Origin: the human T2T-CHM13v2.0 reference genome, Homo sapiens
Strand: one strand, 5' to 3'
Assembly: GCF_009914755.1 (NCBI RefSeq)
Contig: NC_060930.1
Length of the DNA: 64,000 nt
This document shows, in pieces, positions 34,269 through 56,332 of the stretch. Each line of letters opens with the position of its first letter. Positions within the stretch are counted from its first letter, which is position 1. The notes below the pieces were generated by a model, which saw nothing but the letters and a program-made list of their open reading frames with translations, ran no database searches and was not told where the DNA came from. Position numbers and translations under genes: made by a program.

Positions 34269-36080
34269 TTCACATTTCTTCATCCACTTGCTGATTGATG
34301 GGCATTTGGGTTGGTTCCACGATTTTGCTATTGTGAATGGTGCTGCTATAAACATGTGTGTGCAAGTATCTTTTTCAAATAATGATTTCTTTTCCTCTGG
34401 ATAGATACCCAGTAGTGGGATTAGTGGATCAAATGGTAGTTCTACTTTTAGTTCTTTAAGGAATCTCCACACTGATTTCCATAGCAGCTGTACTAGTTTA
34501 CGTTCCCACTACCAGTGTAGAAGTGTTCCCTGATTGCATCCATGCCAACATCTACTGTTTTTTAATTCTTTGATTATGGCCATTCCATGCCAACATCTAC
34601 TGTTTTTTAATTCTTTGATTATGGTCATTCTTACAGGAGTATGGTGGTACTGCATTGTGGTCTTGATTTGTATTTCCTTAATCATTAGTGATGTTGAGCA
34701 TTTTTTCATATGTTTGTTGGCCATTTGTATATCTTCTTTTGAGAATTGTCTATTCATGTCCTTAGCCCACTTTTTGATGGGATTGATTATTTTTTTTCTT
34801 ACTGATTTATTTGAGTTCATTGTAGATTCTGGATATTAGTCTGTTGTCAGATATATAGATTGTGAAGTTTTTCTCCCACTCTGTGGGTTGTCTGTTTACT
34901 CTGCTGTTTTTTCTGCCATGCAAAATCTCTTCAGTTTAATTAGGTCCCAGCTATTTATCTTTGTTTTTATTGTGATTGGTTTTGAGTTTTTGGTCATGAA
35001 ATCTTTGCCTAAGCCAATGTCTAGAAGGGTTTTTCCAATGTTATCTTCTATAACTTTTATAGTTTCAGATCTTAGGTTTAAGTCCTTAATCCATCTTGAG
35101 TTGATTTTTGCATAAGGTGAGAGAAGAGAATCCAGTTTAATTCTCCCACATGTGGCTAGCCAATTATCCCAACACTGTTTGTTGAAATAGGTGTCCTTTC
35201 CCACTTTGTTTTTGTTTGCTTTGTCAACGATCAGTTGGCTGTAAGTATTTGGGTTTATTTCTGGGTTCTCTATTCTGTTCCATTGGCCTATGTGCCTATT
35301 TTTATTCCAGTACCATGCTGTTTTGGTGATGATGGCCTTATAGTATAGTTTGAAATCAGGTAGTGTGATGCCTCCAGATTTGTTCTTTTTGCTTAGTCTT
35401 GCCTTGGCTGTGTGGGCTCCTTTTTGGTTCCATATGAATTTTAGAATTGTTTTTTCTAACTCTGTGAAAAATGATGGTGGTATTTTGATGGGGATTGTGT
35501 TGACTTTGTAGATTGCTTTTGGCAGTTTGGTTATTTTCACAATATTGATTCTACCCATCCATAAGTATGGGATGTGTTTCCATTTTTTGTGTCATCTATG
35601 ATTTCTTTCAGCAGTATTTTGTAGTTTTTCTTGTAGATGTCTTTCAACTCTTTTGTTAGGTATATTCTTAAGTATTTTACTTTTTTTACAGCTATTGTAA
35701 AAGGGGTTGAATTCTTGATTTGATTGTCTGCTTGGTCGCTGTTGGGGTATAGGAGAACTACTGATTTGTGTACATTAATCTTCTATCTGGAAACTTTGCT
35801 GAATTTGTTTGGCAGTTCTAGGAGATTTCTGGAGGAGCCCTTAGGGTTTTCGAGGTAAACAATCATATTGTCAGCAAAAATTGACAGTTTGACTTTCTCT
35901 TTACCAATTTGGATGCCCTTTATTTCTTTCTGTTGTCTGATTGTTCCGGCTAAGACTTCCAGTACTATGTTGAAAAGGAGTAGTGAGAGTGGGCATCCTT
36001 GTCCTGTTCCCATTCTCAGGGGGAATGCTTTCAACTTTTCCCCATTCAGTATTGTGTTGGCCTTGGTTTTGTCATAGATG
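33863..36080 (-). mobile_element. L1PB1-like 3' portion
   Basis: ttccataagttattggggtacagg; ORF2 peptides at 34896-35558 and 35783-36080; 45-bp internal duplication at 34539-34628. Confidence 0.9.
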
Positions 36081-36361
36081 GAGACAGAGCCTTGCTCTGT
36101 CACCAAGGCTGGAGTGCAGTGCATGATCTCGGCTCACTGCAACCTCCACTTCCTGGGTTCAAGTGATTCTCTCGCCTCAGACTGTCAAGTAGCTTGGACT
36201 ACAGATGTGGTCCACCATTCCCAGCTAATTTTTGTATTTTTAGTAGAGATGGGGTTTCACCATGTTGGCCAGGCTGGTCTCAAACTCCTGACCTCAAGTG
36301 ATCTACTCACCTTAGCCTCCCAAAGTGCTGGGATTACAGGCATAAGCTACTGCACCCAGCC
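36081..36361 (-). mobile_element. Tail-less AluS fused to the L1PB
   Basis: gtcatagatg|gagacagag junction; shared TSD gcaacattaaa at 33852-33862 and 36362-36372. Confidence 0.9.
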
Positions 36362-36419
36362 GCAACATTAAAGTTTTATACCAATCTTGTTGCCAGGGCA
36401 AAAGGCTCCTCACAGGCTC

Positions 36420-38947
36420 TGATAAGGTTTGGATTTGTGACCCTGCCCAAATCTCATGTTGAATTGGAGGAACAGCCTGGTAGGAGGTGATTGGATCATG
36501 GGGGAGGATTTTCCCCTTGCTGTTGTCTTGATAGTGAGTGAATTCTCATGAGATTTGATGATTTAAAAGTGTGTGGCACTTCACCTTCATTCTCCTGCTC
36601 CACCATGGTAAGACATGGTTGCTTCCCCTTCACCTTCTGCCATGATTGTACATTTCCCAAGGCCTCCCAGTCATGCTTCCTGTTAAGCCTGTGGAAGTGT
36701 GAGTCAATTAAACCTATTTTCTTCATAAATTACCCAGTCTCATGTAGTTCTTTATAGCATTGTGAAAACTAACTAATACAGAAAATTGGTACCAGGAAAG
36801 TGGGGCATTGCTATAAAGATACCTGAAAATGTGAAAGCAACTTTGGGATTGAGTAACGGGCAGAGGTTGGAACAGTATGGACAGCTCAGAAGAAGGCAGG
36901 AAGATGAGGAAAAGTTTGGAACTTCCTAGGGACTTGTTGCATGGTTTTGACCAAAATGCTGACAGTGATATGGACAATGAAGTTCTGACTGAGATAGTCT
37001 CAGATGGAGATGAGGAACTTACTTGGAACTGGAGTTTACTCTTGCTATGCTTTAGCAAAGACACTGGTGGCATTTTGCTCCTGCCCTAGAGACTGTGGAA
37101 CTTTATACTTGAGACAGATGATTCGGGGCACCTGGCAGAAGAAATTTCTAAACATCACAGCTTTCAAGATGAGACCTGGTTGTTTCTAAAAGTGTATGCC
37201 CATAAGCATAATCAGAGAGATTTTCTGAAACTGGAACTTATATTTACAAGGGAAGCAGAGCATAAAAGTTTGGAAAATTTGCAGCCTGGCAATGTGGTGG
37301 AGAAGAAAAAATCCATTTTCTGGGGAGAAATTTAAGCTGGCTATAGAAATTTGCATATGTAAAAAGAAGCCAATGTTAGTAACCAAGACAATGAGGAAAA
37401 TGTCTCCAGGGCATGCTGGAGAACTTTAGTGGCAGCCTCTCCTATCATAAACCCTGAGGCTAGTAGGAAAAAATGGTTTTGTGGGCCAGGCCCATGGTCC
37501 AGCTGCTCTATGCAGCCTTGGGACATGGCATCCTGCATGTCAGCTGCTCCTGCTCCAGCTGTGGTGAAAAGGGGTCAAGGTACAACTCAGGCCATTGCTT
37601 CAGAGGGTGCTAGCCTCAAGCCTTGGTGGCTTCCACGTGGTGTTGGGCCTGTGGTTGCGCAGAAGGCAGGAGTTGAGGTTTGGAAGCCACCACCTAGATT
37701 TTAGAGGTTTTATGGAAACACCTGGATGTCGAGGCAGAAGTCTGCTGCAGGGGTGAGGCCCTCAGGGATGACCTCTACTAGGGCAGTGTGGAGAGGAAAT
37801 ATGGAGTTGGAGCCTCCACACAGAGTCCCCACTGGGGCACTGCCTAGTGGAGCTGTGAGAAGAGGGCACTGTCCTTCAGGCCCAAAATGTTAGATCCATT
37901 GACAGCTTGCACCATGTGCCTGGAAAAGCTACAAGAACTCAACCCCAGCCTGTGAAAGCAGCTGGGAGGACTGTACCCTGCAGAGCCACAGGATCAGAGC
38001 TGCCCAAGGCCATGGGAGCCCACCCCTTGCATCAGCATGCCCTGGAGGTGAGACATGGCATCAAAGGAGATCATTTTGAAACTTTAAGATTAAATGATTG
38101 GCCTGCAGGATTTTGGACTTTCATGGGGCCTGTAACCCCTTTGTTTTGGCAAATTTCTCCCATTTGGAACAGCAGCATTTACCCAATTCCTGTATCCCCA
38201 TTGTATATTTGAAGTAACTAACTTGTTTTTGATTTTACAGGCTCATAGGCAGAAGGGACTTACTTTGTCTCAGATGAGACTTTGGACTGTGAACTTGTGA
38301 GTAAATGCTGAAATGAGTTAAAACTGGGGGCCTATTGAGAAGGGATAATTGTATTTTGCAATGTCAGAAAGACATGAGATTCGGGAGGGTCTGGGGCAGA
38401 ATGATATGGTTTGAATTTGGGTCCCTGCCCAAATCTCATGTCAAATTGGAGGAGGGGCCTGGTGGAAGGTGATAGAATCATGGGGGCGGATTTCTCCCTT
38501 GTTGTTCTCATAAGATTGAGTGAATTCTCATGTGATCTGATGGTTTAAAAGTGTGTTGCGCTTCTCCTTTTGCTCTCTCTTCTGCTCCACCATGGTAAGA
38601 TGTACTTGCCTCCCCTTCCCCTTCTGCCATCATTGTAAGTTTCCTGAGGACTCCTGGTCATGTTTCTTAAGCTTGTAGAACTGTCAGCCTATTATTCTTA
38701 GTAAACTCCCTTTCATAAATGCATATATCCTATTAGTTCTGGCCCTCTGGAGAACCCTAACTAATACATCATCCAAGAGTGAACAGTGTTTCTCTCTCAG
38801 TATGGTGATTCTGTATTGAGATTTCCTCTGTGGTTTACTATGTTTTCTCAGATTTTTCTTCTGAGAAATGTTGATGTTCAGAAAACAAATGGATATTCTA
38901 AAAATCTAGAGGCTCCCTTTATAGCAATGTGAGAATGAACTAATACA
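36420..38947 (+). mobile_element. Near-complete MSTA MaLR: LTR 36420-36780, internal 36781-38401, LTR 38402-38947 (interrupted)
   Basis: Paired LTRs; gaaaattggtacc after the 5' LTR; ggggcagaa before the 3' LTR; decayed MaLR ORF peptides. Confidence 0.9.
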
Positions 38948-40339
38948 GACTAATTCAAATATTCACACCCATTAGGACCATTTGATAGGAACAGAGAATG
39001 ATTATGTAATTATTATGCTAGCTATGTTAAAAAATCTGGTTTGAGGGCGCTAGATTTTTCACTGGGAGTCAATTGGATGTGGAGAGTGGAGTTTTCTAGA
39101 ACAAGTCTTCTTTTTTAAAAAATACACTGAATATAATTTGAGCATTTATATGTACAGACACTATCAAAAGACAAAATTATAACAAATTTAAATATCTTAA
39201 TTTGTTTTATTTGTGATTCTAGAATTGGACAACACCTTATTTTATAAATTAGGATGAGTATTCTGATAGCCTAACAGAAGAGGTTGGTCTTATAGACAGA
39301 AAAGAATGGAGAAAAGCAGAAACAGAAAACAAAAAGTGGACTGGTCATTTCAAAGTTACTTTTCCTGTAAAGGTTAAAGCAAAGAAGACTTCCTTAATAT
39401 GCTGGCTAAAATGGGCCTGTTTGGAGATTTGGCTATTATCTCTCTCTCTTCTGATTTCTTCAAAGCTCATATAAAGATCTAAGTGTCTTTGTGGCACGGA
39501 ACTTAAGCATAAGTAACCCCATTTTGGTTTTGTCTACTGGGCATAGTGTATGAGCTCAGTCCAATCCAATGGCCTCCTGTAACTTTTATTTAATAGTTCC
39601 CCCTTTTGGTCACCAAGGTGACAGTGTGACAAAAACTTAAGGTACCAGTGATACTCTTAGTCACAATCATTTTTGGTTTTCAGTCCTAGCACATCATTCG
39701 TAGGTTATGATGTCCTTATTATTGTGCATTTTTTTGGAGTTTTCATTATTCCAGCTGGAAAGAGACCATTTAGTATTGAACAAATGGTTGCACATAGATG
39801 TTTAAGACTTTTAGAGAGGATATAGTGCATCAGGGATACTACTATATGACTATAAGGAGGATAATACTAAGAGTTTAGAGTATGCCCCTTAGTCAGGGTC
39901 CACATGAATCAAGCTAACTGCAATCAAATAGATCAAAGAATGAACCAGATAGGAAATCTACCTATTTTAGGCAAGTAGCCTGTTTGTTCTATTTATTCAT
40001 ATGCAGCAAGAAATGTTAGCAACTGCACAGATTCTTCTCTGTTCAGCTAGTAGGTTGCAATTCTGTTATCTAATATTCCCTAACTTAATTTGGCATGACA
40101 AATCCAACATTTTTGTCAAGTTACCCACAGATTGCAAAATTTCAACTACAGCATTATTCTGCCAAGAGAAAAAGCTAGGCACAGCAAGGAAAACTTAAGA
40201 GTTGTAGCCAGATATTAAAGGAAACTAGAAAAATTTAGGATCCAGTTTAGTCTACAGGTAGATGATAAAAACTCAGAAACAATGGACAGGTCTACAGTCC
40301 AATAAAAGGTATAGTATAGTTTTTCTTTTTTCTTTTCTT

Positions 40340-40550
40340 TTTAAATTTTTTTTGAGACACAGTTTCACTTTTGTTGCCCAGGGTGGAGTGCAATGGCACA
40401 TCTTGGCTCACCGCAGCTTTTGCCTTCAGGATTCAAACGATTCTCCAGCCTTAGCCTCCTAAGTAGCTGGGACTACAGGTGTGCACCACCACACCTGGCT
40501 AATTTTTTATTTTTAGTAGAGATGAGGTTTCTCCATGTTGGTCAGGCTAG
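40340..40550 (-). mobile_element. 5'-truncated AluS
   Basis: Right arm plus part of left arm; flanks tagttttt. Confidence 0.85.
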
Positions 40551-41067
40551 TTTTTTTTCTGAAACATAATTTTTCTCTTAGCAGTCACCCCCATTTCTAC
40601 CAAAGATAATCAAAGTAAAACTAACTTGTTTGAGCTGAATCAAACTTGGCCTGATTATTTACTTAAGTACAGCCGGAATAGTGATTCACCACATAGGCTC
40701 TTTTAAAGTTTGCTTTGCTGGAACTTTGGATAAGAAATTTCAGAGAGAACTTGCAAAAGCCTCTCAAGGATAGGAAACCAAACCAATATTTCCAGTTGTA
40801 TCCTGTTATAAAGAGAATGAGTTCTTTTTGAACTTGTACAAATAACTGTATTGCCATAAAAATAAGAACATTCATGAGTAGTTTCTGAATTCTGGAGGGA
40901 TCATGTCGAGAGAAAAAGTAAATATTTCAATTTTATTCACAAGAGTATACTTATACTTTACCATATAGCTGTGATCTATAGATAGCTTAAAAGGAAAAAT
41001 GTTTCCTGGAAAACCAAAGAACCAGCAAAATTTCAAATAAAAAACTCAGAAAAATCCATAATTCTTC

Positions 41068-41605
41068 TTTTTATTTTATTTTATTTTTTTATTATACTTT
41101 AAGTTCTAGGGTACATGTGCACAATGTACAGTTTTGATACATAGGTATACATGTGCCATGTTGGTTTGCTGCACCCATCAACTCGTCATTTACATTACAT
41201 TAGGTATTTCTCCTAGTGCTATCCCTCCCCCAGCACCCCCCACCCCCGACAGGCCCTGGTGTGTGATGTTCCCCGTCCTGTGTCCAAGTGATCTCATTGT
41301 TCAATTTCCACCTATGAGTGAGAACATGCAGTGTTTGGTTTTCTGTCCTTGTGATAGTTTGCTGAGAATGATGGTTTCGAGCTTCATCCATGTCCCTGCA
41401 AATGACGTGAATTCATCCTTTTTTGTGGCCGCATAGTATTCCATGGTGTATATGTGCCACATTTTCTTAATCTAGTCTATCATTGATGGACATTTAGGTT
41501 GGTTCCAAGTCTTTGCTATTGTGAATAGCTCACGGCAGCTTTGAACTTCTGGGCTCAAGTGATCCTTCTGCCTCAGACTTCTGAGTATCAGGACTACAAG
41601 TGCAT
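41068..41605 (-). mobile_element. L1PA 3' fragment (41068-41528) joined to an AluJ fragment
   Basis: gctattgtgaata|gctcacggcagc junction. Confidence 0.85.
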
Positions 41606-41867
41606 CACTTTTTTTTTTTGACAATACTTCTCATATAACATATCAAACAAGACGGATTAACATGCTCTTTTAAAATTGTAAATGTTCAGTGTTTTCCGGG
41701 GGCTGAACTGGAAAGTCCTGAAGTTAATTTCAGGTCAAAAAAGACTTAATTTAGGATTTAATTTTGGGAAGTTTGTCCAAAATGTTAAAAGTTGAAAAAC
41801 ATTTATTATAGTTGTTTATTTAATCAGAGTGACACTATCAGATTTTTATGGCAAATATAGAAGTTTA

Positions 41868-42503
41868 TGTTACAGGTAGGTAGGCAGACAGGGCTTTCCC
41901 ACTCACTAGGAATTTTGGGTGATGGTTTGACAATTATCACATTGTCTGTCTAAAAGTGATAAACTGGCAGCTGGCACCAGGGAGAGGCCATTTTCTGATG
42001 GTTTACACCTGTTGTGCTAAAGTATTAATTGAATGCAAGTGCCACAGAGAAGCAACTTCCTGGGCATGCACATTAAAAGACAAATGGTGGATTATGACCT
42101 TTCAAGGGTACGACACCAGAAAAAGGAGGAAACCCTGAGATGGGCATGCATAAAACTTCCTAAGCACACTGCATGTGCTCACTTTCCAAGGCTAAATAGG
42201 GCACTGTGCATGAGGGCAGCCCCCGCTAAGGGAAGACTCATGGGAAAGGACAGCCTGTAAAATCCTAGGATCACAGATAAACAGGGCACTTGTCCTTCAA
42301 GTTGCCCTCTTGGGTCTCTTCCAAGCGTACTTTCCTTTCTTTCCTGTTCTAAAGCTTTTTAAAACAAAACATCCACACCTTGCTCTCTTTTTTTGCCTTA
42401 TGGCCTTCAGTCGAATTCTTTCTTCTAAGGAGGCAAGAATTGAGGTTGCTGCAGACCCATATGGATTTACCACCAGTAACACAGATACCTTCCACCAGTA
42501 ATA
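41868..42503 (+). mobile_element. MER66-like ERV1 solo LTR
   Basis: tgttacaggtag...gaggcaagaattgaggttgctgcagaccc...ccagtaata; imperfect TSD ttta/gtta. Confidence 0.6.
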
Positions 42504-42966
42504 GTTACAGAGTTGTGAGCAAAAACCTCATTCTTTTGATATTGAGAAGACTCACTTTTTAAACAAATATCAAAGAACTGATAAAAGACAGCACAAAGCA
42601 CAAGAAATTATCTTGATAAAACACAAAATCTTTTTTTCCTAGCCAATTACCTAAAAGGTAAAGAAAAACCTTTCACTATTTTCTATTAAGAGCAGATCAA
42701 TATTCCAAGAAAACCTTGTTTTAACATACAGAACCAAATTCTAGTTTTGCATCAGTGTACTTTTGATATTAATTCTCATTTTTTAGAAAAAACTTAGAAC
42801 TTTTTTCATAATCTTAGCCAGTTTGATTGCACATAAAAATTCTTTCACAAGATTCATTTTTCACAAATGTTTTACAACTTTCTTATCCATTCAATTTTTG
42901 CCCTATATTTTCTTATTTTTCATCTCGAAACAACTACTCTACTTTATGACAAAAATTACTCTCTTT

Positions 42967-43285
42967 TGTTGGGTGTGGTGCCTCACTCCTGTAATCCCAG
43001 CACTTTGGGAGGCTGAGATCACTTGAGGTCAAAAGTTTGAGACCAGCCTGGCCAACATGGTGAAACTCCATTTCTACTAAAAAAAACAAAAACAAAAAAA
43101 ACAAAAAACAAAATCAGCCAGGCATGGTGGCACACTCCTGTAGTCTCAGCTACTCAGGAGGCGAGGCAGGAGAATCACTTGAACCCAGGAGGCGGAGGCT
43201 TCAGTGAGCCAAGATCATGTCACTGTACTCCAGCTGGGTGAGAGAGTGAAACTCCATCTCAAAAAAAAAAAAAAAAAAAAAAGAA
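42967..43285 (+). mobile_element. Alu with non-matching flanks (candidate recombinant)
   Basis: Separates minus-strand from plus-strand ERV internal sequence; no local TSD. Confidence 0.9.
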
Positions 43286-44402
43286 AAGAAATATTAAATC
43301 TGCCAACTTTTTCTCCTGGTTACTCTCCCACCATGAAGTCAAAAAGAAAGCTGGATAAAGTATTTATGAAGGACAAATCAAGTGAATTGGCTTCTTTTTC
43401 AGAGTTATCCATGCTAACTCTAGGCATAGGGAATGTATTCTTGGCCCTGGAGTCAGTTATCTAGTTAAGAAACAAAGCTAAGTTTAAAGACCACCTATCA
43501 AACTAAACCAGTCTCCAAAATACACCTTTATGGGAATTTAGCTAGCTATTTTGAAATTCTTTGTAAGAAATTTACAACTATAAAAGAAATCTCCCTTTGT
43601 AGGACTGTGTCCCTCTCTGCACCAGGAAGAGAGAGAGAGCTAGAAAGGAGAGAATGTCACTAGAAACGCTTACAATGGAAAAGGCATTGGCTTAAGTTTA
43701 TATAACAAGTCTCACCTTTGACAATTTTGTCTTAACAAGGTTTCCTACTTAGATCTTTGTGCCGGCAAATAATGGTGTTTAAGTTCTGTGCCTTTAAGAT
43801 GTAAATTTCCTACCTTGTTTCACCTAAGAGTCATCCCTTTGGAAGTAAAAATTTTGGGTTGTTGGGATAGCGATTGCTTAGGGCAATGGAAGATGTAACT
43901 AAAAGACTTACAGTCTGAAAGGGGAAGGTAAACTATTTGGAAACTGGGAAAATGAAAAGTTTTAATGAAGGCTATATGATCTGCTTCTGCCTGTATTTTT
44001 ATATATGTCTGTATGTGTGTGTATGTTGTATTTGTGTGATATTTTTCCACCTCAGATGATATTGCCAAAATTTATAAAGAGTTCTATTCAGCTTAAAGTA
44101 AAAAAAGTGCTAATATAAAATATTCTCTCACAAAAATAAAAACTAACTCAAATGGCTTTTAGTTCTTGTGAGCTGAGATAACCTTCAGTAAGTAAAGCTA
44201 GTTTTTAAAAATGTTGATAAAATAAAAACAGAAATGTCTTCAAAATTGTCAGCATTTACATTATAAGTGTGCATTTTTAAACCTAGATTTAATATCAAAT
44301 GAGCTTGTTATCTCCTAGATATATGAGATCATAAAGCTATAAATCCTGTCCTTGGCTAGTTTTAAGGAGCAATTCAAGCATAGTTATTATGAATGAGTCA
44401 TT
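43286..44402 (+). mobile_element. MER57-group ERV1 internal piece B
   Basis: attaaatctgccaac...agttaagaaacaaagctaagtttaaagaccacctatc...; recalled consensus places it directly after piece A. Confidence 0.65.
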
Positions 44403-44475
44403 AGCTTTGCACAGTGGCAGTAGTGTAGCTAGTGAGGTTTATCCGAGGTGCAGTTATTGCTAATTAAAAACTTTT
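44403..44475 (+). pseudogene. RNU4: U4 snRNA pseudogene, first ~73 nt
   Basis: agctttgcacagtggcagtagtgtagctagtgaggtttatccgaggtgcagttattgctaattaaaaactttt matches the U4 5' end with CpG decay. Confidence 0.93.
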
Positions 44476-44478
44476 TGT

Positions 44479-48238
<3,760 letters not shown>

Positions 48239-48996
48239 ATTCTTATGAAGTCCAAAGTAGGAAATTTGTTTACTAAAATCTGATAATAGATGTGACTGTT
48301 ACTGAGGCTCATGTGTAAATTCAAGGGAAAAACAGAAGGAGTACATTGTAGGTGCTCAAAAATTTTAAAATAAATGTATTTCAGAGAAATATTGGCCATT
48401 TACAGCAATTTGGGCTTATTATATTCATCATTTTCTGGATAATTAAAAACAATGTAAAAAGTGAAGTAGAAGCCCTCTTATCTGATTCTATATTTGGTCT
48501 TGTCACCATGAAAAACTATGCTCAGACTTGCAGATAAGTCATTTGGGTTTACTTAAAGATTAATATACCCAAATTTTCTGCCCTCCTTTTGTGAGAATTC
48601 CAGGCAGTTGTCAGAATAAAGCTTTTATACCATATATTGAGGTCAGCAGTGTAAGAGCAGTGTACTTTTAAGGGTCAAAAGTTTACACAAATATTCCCAG
48701 ATAATGCCAGATGTTATGATTTGATTTTTAACCACAGACAGACTTTGTATTTCAGGTCATATAGACCCAAGTTCATTTTAGAATCAGACCATATATACAT
48801 TCCACAGAAGTTTTTATCTAAATATACATGTATATAAAAAATGAGCATCTAAAGAAAAAACCCTTTAGTGTTAGTGAATCAAAAAAGTTCATTAAGTGGA
48901 GAATCCTTCAAAAGACAATAAGTACCTAAAATGTTTTACTTTAGAATAAAATATATAAATGAATATTTTACCAATCTTTTGATAGAGAGTGAAGCC

Positions 48997-49292
48997 TTTT
49001 TTTTTTTCTTAGATGGAGTTTTGCTCTTGTTGCCCAGGCTGGAGTGCAATGATGTGATCTTGGCTTACTGCAACTTTCACCTCCAGGGTTCAAGCGATTC
49101 TCCTGCCTCCACTTTCCAAGCAGCTGTGATTACAGTCATGTGACATCATGCCCGGCTAATTTTGTATTTTTAATAGAGATGGGGTTTCACTATGTTGGTC
49201 AGGCTAGTCTCAAACTCCTGACCCCGGGTGATCCACCTGCCTCGGCCTCCCAAATTGCTGGGATTACAGGCGTGAGCCACCTTGACCGGCCG
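48997..49292 (-). mobile_element. AluS
   Basis: TSD gtgaag(c/g)ctttt. Confidence 0.95.
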
Positions 49293-50126
49293 GTGAAGGC
49301 TTTTATTAAAAATTATTTTTAAGCAGTTTGCTGATGTGAGGCTTTTAGGTTTAGAATTTTTTGAAGTTTTTATTACTTTATTTTCTATATTTTATAGTTT
49401 TCTTGTCTGTGTAGTTTCAAAAGAAAGTCTTTTTCTCCAATTATCTTTTCCTGAAGTCATCCCAAAGAATCCAACTTAGTTTTCTTTAACAACATTTTCT
49501 TTCTTTTTCAATGAATAATTCATCTGTATGTTATTTAATTAGACAAATTTAAAACAAGTACAATTGACATAAATAGTTCAGGATCAAACGATTGATGCTT
49601 CGAAAACGGGCACTTCATTCAGTGGGAGCTAGGGAGTGGAAGCACATCAGAGCCTACCTGCTTGGTCCCAAGACTTCCTCTTGTTTTGTGAGTCTATGTT
49701 TCAAAGCAGGAATGGAGAGCACTTGCTAGACAATTAATTGATGATGAGTTGAAAGAGACTCTATTTTACAAAGTTTTTGTTTGAGTTACCAGTACTGTAA
49801 AAGGAACAGCATTTTATTGTGAATTATTCATATTGTCTATTAATACTAACCAAGTTTTCAGGTACTTGTCTTTCCCTCACTAAAATGTACTGACATAAAT
49901 TGGCCTAGCAATAGAGGGCATTTTGTGTTTGCTAAATGATTTGGTTCAAATTATTTCATATGCAACTGAAAAATATTTACCAATAAATTTAAGTGCCTAT
50001 TCCATCACAAGAGGGCACTCAAGCTCCATTTTCAAAGCAAGTTTTATTTCAGGCATCAATTCTGGAGGAATTAAAATTGAAATAAAATTTAGACCTACAC
50101 ATTGAATTTCAACTTCAGTAAACTGT

Positions 50127-55530
<5,404 letters not shown>

Positions 55531-55532
55531 AC

Positions 55533-56236
55533 ATTTTTATTTTATTTCAATAGTTTTTGGGATACAAGTGATTTTTGGGTATATGGATAAGTTCTTTAGT
55601 GGTCATTTCTGAGAGTTTGGTGCATCCATCATGCAAGCCGTGCAAACTGTATTCAATATATAGTCTTTTATCCCTTATCCAACCTCCCACCCTTTCCCCT
55701 GGAGTCCTCAAATTTCATATTATTTTTATGCCTTTGTGTGCTCATAGCTTAGCTCCCACTTATAAGTCAGAATATGTAATATTTGGTTTTCCATTCCTGA
55801 GTTAGTTCACTTAGAATAATGGCCTCCAGCTCTAGCCAAGTTGCTGCAAAAGACATTATTTCATTCCTTTTTGTGGCTGAGTTGTATTCTATGATGTATA
55901 TATACACAACATTTTCTTTATCCACTTGTTGGTTGATGGGCACTTAGGTTGGTTCCATATTTTTGCCATTGTGAATTGTGCTGCTATAACATGTGTGTGC
56001 ATGTGTCCTTTTCATATAATAACTTCTTTTCCTTTGGGTAGATACACAGTGGTGGGATGGCTGGATCAAATGGTAGTTCTAGTTTTAGTTCTTTAAGGAA
56101 TCTCCATACTGTTTTTCATAGTGATTTTACTAGTTTACATTCCCACCAGTAGTGTAAAATTGTTCCCTTTTCACCACATCCATGCCAACATCTGTTTTTT
56201 GACTTTTAAATTATGGGCATTCTTGCAGGAGTAAGA
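55533..56236 (-). mobile_element. L1PB 3' fragment
   Basis: ttcaatagtttttgggatacaagtg... L1PB 3'UTR. Confidence 0.85.
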
Positions 56237-56332
56237 TCTACCTTAGATTTCAATAGCAATGTTTAAATCAGTAAATTTATAAGCTTTACTAACACCATAC
56301 TGAGTACTTTACCTTGCAGAAAATCTTCCCAC

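Larger units (their letters stand above)
39162..42966 (-). mobile_element. MER93-like 3' LTR (39162-39595) plus MER57-group internal sequence
   Basis: LTR homologous along its length to 12651-13086; PPT complement gttcccccttttgg at 39596; outer flank acac at 39158-39161. Confidence 0.8.

Noticed and set aside
36877-38212. ORFs in the MSTA internal region
   Set aside because: They are fragmented remnants of the known MaLR internal ORF.
44403-44475. Functional U4 snRNA gene
   Set aside because: It lacks the 3' half including the Sm site, has many substitutions, and is flanked by ERV and L1 rather than snRNA promoter sequence.
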